Shown in pieces: positions 23,634-36,245 of a stretch of DNA of 64,000 nucleotides (position 1 is the first letter of the stretch; every line of letters begins with the position of its first letter). Where the stretch lies: contig OZ037768.1 in the NCBI GenBank assembly GCA_964035545.1, positions 18,955,700 through 19,019,699 of the forward strand, read 5' to 3'. A program made the position numbers and the translations under genes. Source of the stretch: Bugula neritina. Lineage: Eukaryota; Animalia; Bryozoa. The notes beneath the pieces are model-generated. The model did no database searches. It saw only the letters and a list, made by a program, of their open reading frames with translations, and was not told where the DNA came from.

Positions 23634-26600
23634 GAAGAGCAAAATAAAAAAACCAGTGGTGTCACATTTTTAAATTTTTTGAGTTATGTGCACTTTCATG
23701 TACTTTGAAGCAGGGTTGGGGTAATTTTAATTTGTAATTGGTTGTAATTAATTAAATTTTTTCAAGTAATTAAATGTAATTTGTAATTGATGTAGGAAAA
23801 TGTAATTGTAATTAATTACTTATCTAATGTAAATGATTTTTACAATTACTTTATAGTTTCATATCAATTACTTTGTCGTATTTTTAACTCTTAAAAACTG
23901 TTTATACCTTTTTTACCATGGCTACTGTATAATAAAAAGTTCAAACTAATTCAATGTAGCATTGCATCACTCTACTACTCACTCTTAAGAATTCCCAGTG
24001 CATGTGGATCCCTAGAGTGAGATTGCATAACTTATATTTGTCTTTCGTGAGATTAAAGGAGGTTATACACTATTTACCATCACGATATAGGTAGATTTCA
24101 GCATTAGAAGAAGTTGTGTTAACATGTCAAGGCATGGCTAATTAATAGGCACAGGAGGTCAATTTAATTTAAAGTTTTCACTAGTGTGAAATAAGAACAA
24201 AAAATGTGGTCCATGTGTCAGAAGTTAACGGGCTACTAACACCTAAAAGGTAGCCAGCAAAAGAGGTGCTGGAACAACATTACAAAACCCACTTATCTCC
24301 ATTGAAAACGTACCTTAATGTAAGCTTTCACGATCCACCTTGCCCTTGAGTGAAGAAGTTCATTATATATTGAGAATTCTCCAAGCTAAGATTGCAGTTC
24401 TAACAGCATGACTCAAGTTTGGGACCACTTTATTTTACCTGAAGGTTATGACAAGAGCGAGAACAACCTTAAAGCCAAATGCAAACATTGCTTATCCTCC
24501 ATCTCAGGATCCAGAGAAGCAACATCCAACTTTGTGATAAATTTAAAAGTAAAGTTTGACCATTTATACATCCTATTAATATCTTAGTTCTACACATAAT
24601 GTTACCACATTGGCTGACTGAGTTTATCTGTTATTTATTTTTATGAATATGATGACATAAGTTAGACATTAGATATATATACACATGTATATATATAACA
24701 GCTTGTCTAATAGACAAGCTGTTTTATATATCTGTTCAAAACAAAGCAACATGAATTTATATATGGCTTAAATATTTAACTCTGGCTGTCTGCACTTTGT
24801 TTTCACAGAGGAAGCATGAAGATGTCCATTTGTCACATAAACCAGCCACCATAGCCGCCTGTCAGCCAACTTTAAACTCATTTGTTGTACCAATCAAGAA
24901 GTACGGGCCTTGTGATTCACGGCAGAAACTGATGACAGATCTTTTGGTGAAGACAATTGCTTGTGACTTGCTTCCACTTTCTTTTGTGGAGTGAAAACTT
25001 CAGCAGCCTGATGCAATTGACAGAGCCTTGTTACACTATGCGCAGCCGGAAGCACTCAACTATCAACCTTATCCCAAACAAGGTCAAGGAAATAGACAGC
25101 ATATTGCGGGCAAAACTGAAAAATATTTCAGTGTGTATTACTGTGGACATGTGGTCCAATCGACAGATGAAGGGGTTTATTGGGACTACTGGTCTTTACA
25201 TCCTAAACTGGACCCTTCAACCTGTCATGCTAGCCTGCTCTCGTTTTCAAGGCCGTCACACAGCAAACCAGACCAGACGCTAGCATGCTTTGGAATTGAT
25301 GAAAAGGTTACGAATATAATGATTCATAATGTATCAAACATGACTAAGGCATTTGGCTTACCTGGGTTTGAAAGCATAAAAGATGAGGAAGGAGTCAAAT
25401 AGAGATGACAGAATGAATTATGAGGAAACAGGTGTGGAGCATGATCCATGCTTTGCACATACACTACAGTTAGTGGTGAAGGATGGACTTAAGCAAGCTG
25501 GGTCTATAACTAAGGTTCTTTCTAAAGCAGCTCACATTGTTAGTTTTATAAGGCGATCAACTTTAGCCACTGACATACTTGAATGTGAGCGAAAAGTTCA
25601 AGCTGCAACCTGCACTAGATGGAATTCATAACCGTTGATGATTCGTTTTATCTTGCAAAAAATTGCAGACCTTGGTTGCCCAAAACTATTAACAAATGAT
25701 CGTAAAACCCTGGATGATGTGTGTGATATACTTGTGCCATTTGAAAAGGCAACACATGCAGTGCAGGGTGACCAGGGTGTCACATCTAGTTTTGTAATTA
25801 TTATCATGCATTCGTGGGACAAAACTCTAACTGGTGGAGATGGCACAGAAGTACAATTGCCAGTTTGTGTTGGTTCTGCAAACATCTTTTATGAGGCGAA
25901 TGGCGTACGAGAATAAGGAAGTTTTTCTCCTGGCAACAACCCTTGACCCTCGATTTAAACTAAAGTGGTGCCAGGGGTTAGAGTTGGAGAAATAGACAAT
26001 TGATCTAGTGCACAAAGCTGCTCGGGTGGTCACAGTTAAAGGAGCTTTTATTGAAGAAACAGAGCCACATGCAAAGAAACCAAAACCAGATGGTGATTTC
26101 TTTGACTTTTTCCTTGAGTCACAGCCAGTAGCCAATACTCCATCATCTAACGCAAAGAAAGAAGTGGAGGAGTATCTTGCTGCCCCCTCCTGAAGAGAAC
26201 CAAAGACCAAATGACTTTTTTGGGGAGGGGGAGGGTGAATGATTCAAAATACCCGCATTTGGCTACTCTTGCTGCCAGGTACTTAGCAGTGCCAGCCTCC
26301 TCCGCCTCTGTAGAACGGTTGTTTAGGGCCAGAGGAAAAAATTTTCAGGCCTGATAGATGTTGCCTATTAGATCATGTGTTTGAAAATCCCATGTTTCTA
26401 AAATGCAATGGACATTGGTAAATAGAGCAAATGACCTCTTCATTATTATCAAGTAAAACAATTAATATAAATTTTATGAATACAAATAATTGTGACTAAT
26501 GGTGTGGTTATTGAAATTAAAAAAATGATGAAAATACATAGTTATTCTTTCTGGTTTGGTGTCAAAGTAATTGTAATTGTAATTAATTACGTTGCAATGT

Positions 26601-29086
26601 AATTGTAATTAATTACATTTGGTTTCAACTGTAATTGTAATTGATAAATGATCATGTAATTGTAATTGCAATTAATTACATTCATATGTACTTGACCTCA
26701 ACCCTGCTTTGAAGCCCATAGAACAACATGCAGTAGGTATAAAATTGGAAAATCAGTGTTGTCCAATGAAAAATAGCATTTAAAAACAAGCTCCAATGAA
26801 ATATCAATATATGTCTATGTCTCCAAATGAAACAATCAGCTATGTCCATTGTTCAGCCAATCACATTGCACAATGCACAACACTGCAGTCTGCAACATTA
26901 TTTCTTGTTAGGTTAGTAAAAAGTGGTTGAGTGGTAGCAACATTGTTATGGCAGACTCTTGTTAACATCCAGTTTTAACAGATAAACCTAGGAAAAGACA
27001 ATCTAAAGGGAGTGCAAAAAAACAAGCAAAGAAACAGAGAGTGTGTAGTCATAAAACTGGTGAAGACTGCCTGTGTAAGAAGAAGCGCTTTGAAAAAGTG
27101 AGTCTAGTAGAGAGGCAGAAACTCATCCGACTTTAATGAAAAGTACACCACCAAGAACCAACAAGATGGCTACTTATCTACACTTATAAAAGTTTGTGAC
27201 ATAAAAAGAAGGCCTAGAGGTGGAGATCAAACTAAAGCTAACCCTCATAACCACACGTACATGTATAGGGTCAGAACAAAGAATGATGGCCAATGCAACA
27301 TCAGCAAGAAAATAGTCTGCCTCAAGGCTTTCATATCCTTGTTTTGCAGAACTTTGGAGCGATTAGAGACTATCAGGAGATCATTGATACAAACAGGTGA
27401 GTCAGATCAAATTTACGTTTTGGACTTTTGACCAAACTGATTCCTATTTAGCCTCTGAAGTCATCTCACAAGTTCAGTTAGTCTACATTTTTTCAAGTGT
27501 GTCAGCTGAGTTAAGTATTGGTGTACTACTAGTAATAAATTACTATAGAAAATATGATGAAATCTCTAGTAACGCCAAGCAAACTCTGATGCTTAATAAT
27601 AATGAATTTTGCATAGAAAACTGACTTTTCCAAAATCGTTTAGTGCTTATGTTTGGAAGAGGGTGCCCACACCCAACTCCCACTATACCTTTAAATGAGC
27701 TGTTTTATTTGATAGGGCATCCTCTGCAAGACGGAAGAGGTAGACACGACAATCGACCACATTGGCTCTCAGATTATGCAAAGCAGGCAGTCCTTGACCT
27801 CATCAAAACGTACAAAAGCCGCACTTCACATTACTCAAGAGAGTTTTCTCGGCGACTCTACCTCCCACAGGAGCATAACATCACAAAAACGCGCACTTTA
27901 TTTCAGGATGCACATCTTCAAAATGATGTTGGCTATGAAATATACCGTAATCTGGTTAATGGAAACCTCAACATTTCATTTGGGAACCCACGGAAGGATA
28001 CCTGCTCCACATGTGATGAATTAGTCTGCTTTGACGAAACTGTTGCCGGTAAAGATTCAGATGAAGTAACATCAATGATCAATGACTTCATTAAAAATCA
28101 TCTATCTCGAGAGATTGTTGAGCTAGAACTGTTCTGTGATGGGTGTGCCGAACAAAACAAAAATTACACACTTGTTCGATATTTTCACTGGTTGGTACAT
28201 GAACAAAAGCGATTTAGCAAAATATTTTTAGGCTACCCAATCCGTGGTCATTCCTATATGGAATGTGATAGACATGAACGCTGTGAACTGCAAGTCTGAT
28301 GTAGATCTTCCATCTGGCTGGGTTGATATATTTCAAAATGCCTGTAAAAACCCAACACCGTTTAATGTAATCCCTCTCAATGCTGCATCATTTCTTAACT
28401 ACACTGCTCACCTAAAACCAAGATATAAATTCAACTGTCCTTTAAAGACTCGACCCATGCTTCAACTGTTTACCTCAGCAAATGAAGACAAGCGTGCAGT
28501 ACTGCACAGAGATTCCTGGAATGGCGTGTATCACGCAAGCATCATTTGTAAACTTTCAGGAGCCTGTCATTTGCCACCACTGACCCCTATAAACACTAAC
28601 CCACTACCAATAAGAAAGGTAAAATACGAAGACCTGTAGGTGCTGAAGCGTTTCTGTGATGCTGACAATAAAAATCTTTATGATGATCTGAAATAAACTG
28701 AGACCGTTGATAATGATGAACTCTAAATACCAACATTTTATGCTTATGAGTGTACATTTTTGTTACTTTCACATAATATAGGCAAATAAAATAAAATTTA
28801 TGATAGTATAACAACAACCTGCAACATGATTTTCACATGGAAAGGAAAAAATAGGAGATGTCCATATAGAACATGGAGGTGACATCAGCAACATTGTGCC
28901 ATGAATTATACTTCAACATAGAAAAATTCTTGCTCACATAGAGCAGAAAGTATAGGACTAAAATGGAGCATGTAGTTTAGTGCACCGCAGTAGTTGTTGG
29001 CTAGCACTAGAGTCAAAAATTTAAAAATTTCCAAGTTTTCTATTCCTAAAAAGTGGCACATCACTGGTTTTTTTCTTTGTGCTGTG
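23634..29086 (+). mobile_element. Sola1-like DNA transposon (degraded, intron-containing transposase ~26950-28700), interrupted by a hAT
   Basis: Imperfect TIRs (...aaaaaaaccagtggtgtcacattttt at ~23634-23671; aaaaagtggcacatcactggttttttt at ~29048-29086); motifs RKDTCSTCD, FCDGCAEQNKN, PIRGHSYMECD; GT-AG intron ~27397-27715. Confidence 0.7.
23711..26706 (+). mobile_element. hAT DNA transposon (Ac/ZBED-like) with degraded transposase ~24430-26420
   Basis: TIRs CAGGGTTG(G/A)GGT; 8-bp TSD CTTTGAAG (23703-23710, 26707-26714); BED-finger remnant AKCKHC, TVDMWS, CFAHTLQLVV, TRWNS, LDPRFK, VPASSASVERLF. Confidence 0.95.
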
Positions 29087-30278
29087 TATATTGATGTTTG
29101 CATCAAGTTGACCACCATGAACAAGCACTTATTTATTGTGTTTGATCTCGTGGAATTTTATCCTTCTATATCTTTAATATTGCTATCAGATGTTCTCGAA
29201 TTTGCCAGTTCGCATACTAGAGTCAGCAACCATGAAAGGAATATTATAATATTGCATAAAAAAATCTATACTGGTGCATGACAAGTTTTGGGGTAAAATA
29301 TCATCAGATAATTTGTTTGACGTCACTATGGGCTTGCAGGATGATGCTGAAAAATGTGAACTAGTCGGCTTATTTTTATCAAGTGCAATCTCAAAAAATT
29401 TTAAAGCTAATATTGGACTATATCGAGATGATGGGCTAGGAAGAACAGACCTCAAACTTCAATTAGCTGAAAGATTGAAAAAAGATCTCTGCACATTATT
29501 TCAGTCACACGGTCTAAAGATCACCATAGATTTTAACATCAAAACAACCGACTATTTAGATGTTACCTTAGATCTGGTCAAGAAACAATACAGACCATAC
29601 TCTAAGCCCAACAACATTCCTCTGTACGTACACAAAGAGTCTAATCATCCCTATAGCATACTAAAAAATATACCAGAATCCATAAATCGCAGACTTTGTG
29701 ATATATCTACTAATGAGACCATTTTTAATAATGCCATCAAGATGCGTTGGCTAAAAGTGGACATAACTATCAGCTCAAATACAGAAACTACACAAACAGC
29801 ACCAATACGACATCAAACCTACACGACAAAGACGAATCATCTGGGACAAACCGTTCTATAGTGGTAATGTAAAGACCAAAATCGGCTCCTTATTCTTCAA
29901 GCTAATAAAAGATGTATTCCACAGCAAACACACATTACACAAAATATCTAACAATAACACACTGAAACTCAGCTACAGTTACTGCGCTAGCTTAGAGCAA
30001 ACCATTACTGCCCACAACAAAAGTGTTGCTAATTGTAACACTGCCTCTACATCACAGGCAGGCTGCAACTGTTGAAATGTAGAAAGGTGCCCGCTACCAG
30101 GATAATGCACAACTCCAAATATGATGCACCAGGCTAATGTATCTGTTCCATCAAACAATACTGTTGAAACATATGTAGGATTTTCTTCTACTACATTCAA
30201 GCCAAGGTATTACAACCGCCTTGCTTCCTTCACGCATCCGACCAAGTGCTTACAAACTGAGTTAAGCAAATACATCTG

Positions 30279-30867
30279 TGTAGCGTTTTGACCATTCCTC
30301 ATTGTATTACACACTACTACATTGTCTTAACTTTTGCTCAATCCATTCAAATCATCGCCTGCTGTGGCACAGGACAATTCATCACCATTCACTCATACTC
30401 ATTTAGCTACTCACTTAGTCATAGCTTTTTAAACCACTGATAGGTTTGTATTCACTATTTAAATGCAATGATTCTTGCGACCACAATAGCTGTCAGCATT
30501 TTTTAGCTTGTAGCCAAAAATTATAGCAGCTGAGTTGTTTTATGCTTTCATGCCAGTCTGATGCGTTTCTCCACTGACTGTATTATAGTTGTCACTAGTC
30601 ATTTTTTGACTCTGTACATGATACATATAGATATTAAACCTTTCACTATTACAACCTTATATATTCAATTCTAACTCTTCCCAGGAAGGGTAATAGAGGT
30701 ATGTTGAACATTGTTATGCAACAATTTTGTAATGTGTTATGTTTCATTTTTCTTGTCATCAATGTCTTTATCAAATTGTATTATTGTAGTTTCACGTTGG
30801 ATTTAATAAACATCAGCAAAACTCCAGCAGTGCAACCTATTATTAATAAACTGGGGTTGAAGTTACA
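30279..30867. mobile_element. Solo LTR (589 bp)
   Basis: TGTAGC...GTTACA termini; 5-bp TSD ATCTG (30274-30278, 30868-30872) splitting the PLE codons Y-I-W. Confidence 0.88.
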
Positions 30868-31191
30868 ATCTGGTCTTTAAAAGACAGAGGCCTGGATTTC
30901 ACAATTTCCTGGAAAATTCTTAGAAAAGCTCAGCCATATAATAACATCACTAAAAGCTGTCAGCTGTGCTGATGGGAAAAATATTTTATTCTGTACAAGC
31001 CACGGTTGTCTTCTCTTAACAAGCACAATGATTTTTTATCTATATGCAGGCATAGCAGGAAATTCCTACTCAAGAATGCTGTGACATAGCTAATTACATC
31101 CAATGCTACCTGTGTGTTATATTTTAATCTTCATGCTTTATTCTGTGCATATATTCAGTTTTACCATATTATATAGTTGAGAGCAATCATG

Positions 31192-31256
31192 ATGACAATT
31201 TTATCTGACAGGTGCACTATATTTTAGTGTACGAAACTATTAGTAATAATTGTCAT
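31192..31256 (+). ncRNA. Degenerate PLE hammerhead (core CTGACAG instead of CTGANGA)
   Basis: atgacaatt/aattgtcat helix I; GTGCACTA..TAGTGTAC helix II; GAAAC-tatta-GTA. Confidence 0.65.
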
Positions 31257-31297
31257 TTTTTTAATCAAATTCTATTTCATTTTTTTAAATATATATA

Positions 31298-31925
31298 TGA
31301 GCAGGAAGCTTTCATCACACTAAAAGACCACAAAGAAAAATTCATAAACAAACCAACTTGCCGCCTTAGAAATTCCTGTAAACCAGAAATAGGAAATATC
31401 AGTAAACAAATCTTAGACCGGATAAACAACAAAATTCTTACAAAAACATACTTAGACCAATGGAAAAACACCACTGACATAATAAAACGGTTTGAAAGAA
31501 TTGACAAATAACACCAACACACATTTACTTCATTTACCCTTCGATTTCCCAAACCTACTTGAAATTGCTCTAACTTTTGAATCGAAATTGGATACAATCA
31601 GCAAAGACGAAATAGAAATAACTGTAGATGCAAAAAAGTCACTACTCTTCAACTACAAAAATGCGTGGGGGAAACACAACCACAACCTCTTCGACGTGAC
31701 AATGGGAGGGTACGATGGCGCAGAAACATGCGAACTAGTTGGAGCGTATATTTTAAACTTAATAACACAAAAACATGACAAAAGCTTTGGCCTGTACAGG
31801 GATGATGGCTTAGGAGTCTCCAACAAAACACCAAACGAAATAGAAAAAATGAAAAAGGATACATGTAAAACATTCTCTGAAAATGGCTTAAAATAACAAT
31901 CGATGCAAATAAAAGTTTCTAGATA
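31298..31925 (+). mobile_element. Third Naiad-like PLE RT fragment
   Basis: AFITLKDHK...[40 protein letters not shown]. Confidence 0.85.
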
Positions 31926-32545
31926 GGTGAAAACGGGGGGGGGGGGGACCCGCTTATTACACAGGATAAATGAACGTTGCCATGACATTAATTCAAAAGT
32001 ATATCAACATATCTCCCCAACTAACCACAGAAGCATATCAATAGACAACGGAACAGTTCTGAATCAGTCATTTAAAGGAATCCAACATCGAAAATTAGCC
32101 GAAACTCTACATTAAACAAATAAAACCTCACCTTGATAAACAAAATTACTCCATACCACTCAAACTATACCAATAAGTTCTACACTACTCAACTTTTACA
32201 CACTTTTCACTATTCTATGTTGCTTTTATATGTGGATATTTATATTTCTTTCAACTCGAATTTATTTTTATGCAAAGAAATCAGTAAAAATTTTGACTCA
32301 TAATATAAAAGACAAGATTGTCTCCCTCAGTTTAAATAATTTGTAATTACTGCTACTTTGTGTCATGCACAGTTTTAAACGCAGCGTGATAACTTTTGAA
32401 TTTTCATAATTCATTATTACTTTGAAGATGGGCACAGTGGTGTCCGAAATATTGGTTATTTATTTTGTTTAATAAAGCAATAAAACCACAATGTTTCTGG
32501 TATATTTATTCATAACTAGATTGCTAGCTTCCAAAATATACATAT
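31926..32545 (+). mobile_element. 3' end of a Penelope/Poseidon-type PLE (GIY-YIG tail and 3' UTR with hammerhead variant ~32420-32460)
   Basis: L..RINE...SKVYQH...RKLAETLHIK..KP.L.KQ; ttgaaga-t-gggcac-agtg-gtgtcc-gaaatatt; ends in TA repeats. Confidence 0.6.
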
Positions 32546-34311
32546 ATATATAATTTCTTTGAGCAGATAAACGATTCCGCCATGAGGGATAATTTTAAAT
32601 CTCTGCCAATTAGATAATTCTGGGTTTCTGCATGCAAAGACTGATAAATAGCTGAAAAAGCACTAAGGGTTTTGGTGCAATTTAGCACAATCTACTTATT
32701 TGAAGTGAGATTCTCATAAATGATACTATTAAAAATGAGAAGATAACCAGCCTTGATCTGCCGAACGACCTGAGATGAGCCCTGTCAAAATTCGAACCAG
32801 GCTTAAATAAGCAGGCACAAAAACGCAGCTGCAGCAATCACATTGATAATTGAAATGCTGCTGTGTTTTCTATAGGTATAATAGTATTAAAATCCTCATA
32901 TTTCCATGAAATCTAATAGAAAAAATATAGACTTGTTTCCTACACTATTACCACCTTCAAATGTGCATATAAACTGCTTTTCCAAAAGGGGGAAGTTATT
33001 AAGAAAAATTCATAAAAGGGGAATGGCATGAAAAAGGTGGAGTACCAGTGGTACTGATAAAATTGCAGACTTTTAAACAAATCAGGCATATTTATAATAT
33101 ATAATTACTACAACAGCTTTATATAATGCCTCTTTAACACCCAGTAGGCTCTGCTATAAAATCATTTTGCCTAATTTTTTAGGAACATATCCATGTTTTT
33201 GTGGTGTTCCAAGATAAAACATTTGGTGAGAGCATTATTTAACATCATTAGACTATTTAAATTTCTATGAATACTGGATAATTTTCAGTAAATAGCTGCT
33301 ACAATTGAATAAAAATAAGATCAAATCTGCGCTTGCTAAAGAAAGTTGAACAAAATTACTGGGCTCCTCCAATGAATTAAAAAACCTGACTGTACACTTG
33401 TACCTGAACTTTGGCAACAAGATGTTGGATTCAAGTACAAAACCGAAATTTGAAAGAACTTCTTGTAAAAAAGGGATGACCAAACTTATTCTCCAACTGG
33501 GTACTAAAATCAAGTGAGTTAAAATAGAAACATTAAATTGGGGTTTCGATTAGCAGCACAGTTTTCAATTGTTTGACTAAATTTACAACACAGGAGCTCT
33601 ACAGCAGCAGCCAGTGAAATTCGAGACGAAAGGACCACATATTTTTGCAATGAAGGAAGAGTAATTTTGTAAGAAAACTACATAAACCGAAGGTGCTAGG
33701 TGCTTACATTTCATGAAATCATTTAAAATTCAATGTAGAGAGTAATTATGACAGTCAGTGCTGACTACTTATTATTCCATTATTATTTACATATTTTCAC
33801 CTAACTTATTCCAGAAATCAATTAGCTGCTTGCCTATTATTACTAAGATCGTAAATATTGTAAAATTCTGCAGATATTACTCTATCACATAGAAAATTCA
33901 AATGCTGCATAAAAGAGAAAAATGGAAAACTGCCAAGTGCAGCCAAAAAACTATACGGATGTCAACAGCCTATTTACATTTGTGATCAGTGTGAAAAAGC
34001 TTGCTCATCCTGAAAATGTCATGTGTGGTGGGGGTTTAGGCAATAGAAGAACAATTCCACACATCCAGCTCAATTTTGCCTAGAAAATTTTTATGACCAA
34101 GGCTAATGAAGAGATTTCCAATTTAAACTTCAAACAAGAAAAAGGCAAATTCAATACAAGAAAACAAATTTGCCAAATTGAAAGTTTTCAACTGTCTCAT
34201 AAATTGTCATCTAATGGAAGGAATTGACGAAAACATATTGGATAATCTGCTTAGTATAGTTAACAAATGGAGCATTTATTTGTTTAAATATTGTGCAGGC
34301 TGAAAATGTTT

Positions 34312-34766
34312 CTGTTTTCAGAAATGGCAACTCTGTCTTCTTTTCAGCCCGCTGTAATTGATGTTAACTCTCATCATAAAAAAAAAGAAACCATTGTGCT
34401 CAGAAGTGATGACGGAATAACATGGGAGGATTACAAGTAGCTGCGCAATGATGTTCTCAAAACAGTGAATGAGAGCCTTGGCAACCGGTAACAAGTAATA
34501 ATATTGGTTCGCAACGACTGTTTCTTTAAAATTTTGAGTTGTTTTTAGAAATGGCAACTCTGTCTTTTTTTCAGCTCGTTATAACTGATGTTAACTCTCA
34601 TCATGAGAACAAAAGAAAGCATTGTGCTCAAAAGTGATGATGGAATAACATGGGAGGAATACAAGGAGCTGACCAATGATGTGCTCAAAACAGCAAATGA
34701 TAGCCTTGGCAACTGGTAATAACTAATAATATAGGTTCGCAACAACTTTTTTAAAATTTTGAGTTG
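34312..34766 (+). repeat. 227-bp tandem duplication of an exon-like segment with its splice sites
   Basis: tttt(c/t)ag|aaatggcaactctgtc...ccttggcaac.g|gtaa occurs at 34321 and 34548. Confidence 0.85.
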
Positions 34767-35732
34767 CCGACACCCTTCAATTCATCTGTTTTGAAGATTT
34801 TGTTTATGGCTCAGCACTCAATGCTTCTTCACTGGATGATTTGCTGGAATTATAATTTTGACTTCAATCTTTTGCTTGATCAACATGTTTTGCATGTCTA
34901 TAAGTAAACTAATCTTCATTTATAAGCAGTCTTCAGTACAAACTTATTTGATGGCTTTTGCAAATAATAGTAATAGGCAATGATGAAAAATATTAAACTA
35001 TCTTCTTTTCACACTTCAAATAGCAAAATTACCAATGTAATATTTTTATCCAGACACGAAGACTAAAATATGTAAAGCTTGCATAATAGCATTACAAAAA
35101 ACATGTACAAATGATAAATCTAATATATGCAACATACTTCTTAAGCATTGAGCTTTTAGCTGAAAAAAAGATTCACTGGGGTGATCACAACATTTTCAAA
35201 ATATTGTTCCATAATCTCAAAAGAGAAAAAAAGGTCAAGAAAGAAAAGGGAAAAAACTTGATCTGTAAAGTTGCTAAAACTGTTGCACATAATATTTTTG
35301 AAGGAAGATAAATTGTCATACTCTTTTCCACTTTATTTTGAGTTGTGCTTTCAATACTATAAGCGTCAGTGCTTTATACAGTCATTATGTTTTTGTTTTA
35401 ATTTTAGTGTTCTTTCAACATCGGAAAGCATCGAGAACATATTTGACTGCTGATTTGATGTCAAAAAACTTGAAATCAATAAAATTTCAAAACACTGATA
35501 TATTTTAAAATTTGGTTAGTCTTTACTAAGGGTTTTTTAATACTTGTTAAGTCTTCGCAACTTATTTTAACATCTTATCTATAGCTATCTATTACCAGCA
35601 CTTGCTCTGTAATTATATACATTTGATTATGTAATAATATATGTATAATATAAAACGGCATTTGCGTGTTTTTTGTGCAAATATTTTTGAGGGCAACAAG
35701 AGCGAATTGTAGAGAAAACCACAGCTGATCAA

Positions 35733-35946
35733 TTATTCGACATAACAATGGGAAGTTATGACAGAGCAGGCCTGTAAATTTGTTGGCACATTCCTCTTAC
35801 ACCATGTGACCAGTAAGCATGGCCCTAATATCGGTTTATGCCAAGATGATGGCTTAGGAACTTTAAAAACGTCAGCTAAAACCATTGAAGCTACAAAGAA
35901 GGCCACATGTAACAACTTCAAACACATGGCTACGAATAAAAATTGA
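35733..35946 (+). mobile_element. PLE RT fragment
   Basis: LFDITMGSYD...CKFVG.FLLH...IGLCQDDGLG. Confidence 0.8.
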
Positions 35947-36089
35947 GGCAAATAAGAAAACTGTGAATCCACCTCAATCTCACTAACAGAAACATAGCTG
36001 GAGGTGGCGTTGATGCCTATGTTCAACAAATTACAAAGTTGATGAAATTGCTTCAACATGTCAAGCCGTACGCTGATTTTTAAATATAG

Positions 36090-36245
36090 CTTCGGGTAGA
36101 GAACTTTGCTTTATCTTGTTGGTCTATCGACCACCAAATAACAGATATAAATGTGATACCTAGCTTACTTGATAAAATAAACAAAACTGTGGATATTTCA
36201 GAAAACAATCTACTAATATGCTGTGACTTTAATCTGCCGAGTTTT
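36090..36245 (+). mobile_element. LINE apurinic endonuclease fragment
   Basis: YRPP...L.KI....NLLICCDFNLP pattern. Confidence 0.5.

Larger units (their letters stand above)
29118..31290 (+). mobile_element. 5'-truncated, degraded Naiad-like PLE interrupted by a solo LTR
   Basis: FDLVEFYPSI, FDVTMG...[40 protein letters not shown]|SLKD, CQLC.WEK; hammerhead-like 3' end; ends in TA repeats. Confidence 0.88.

Noticed and set aside
30061-30975. Selenocysteine-encoding Naiad (in-frame TGA at 30073 and 30970)
   Set aside because: The TGAs fall at Arg and Leu positions next to intact Cys codons (CNC*, CQLC*W), the copy also has TAA stops and frameshifts, and I saw no convincing SECIS
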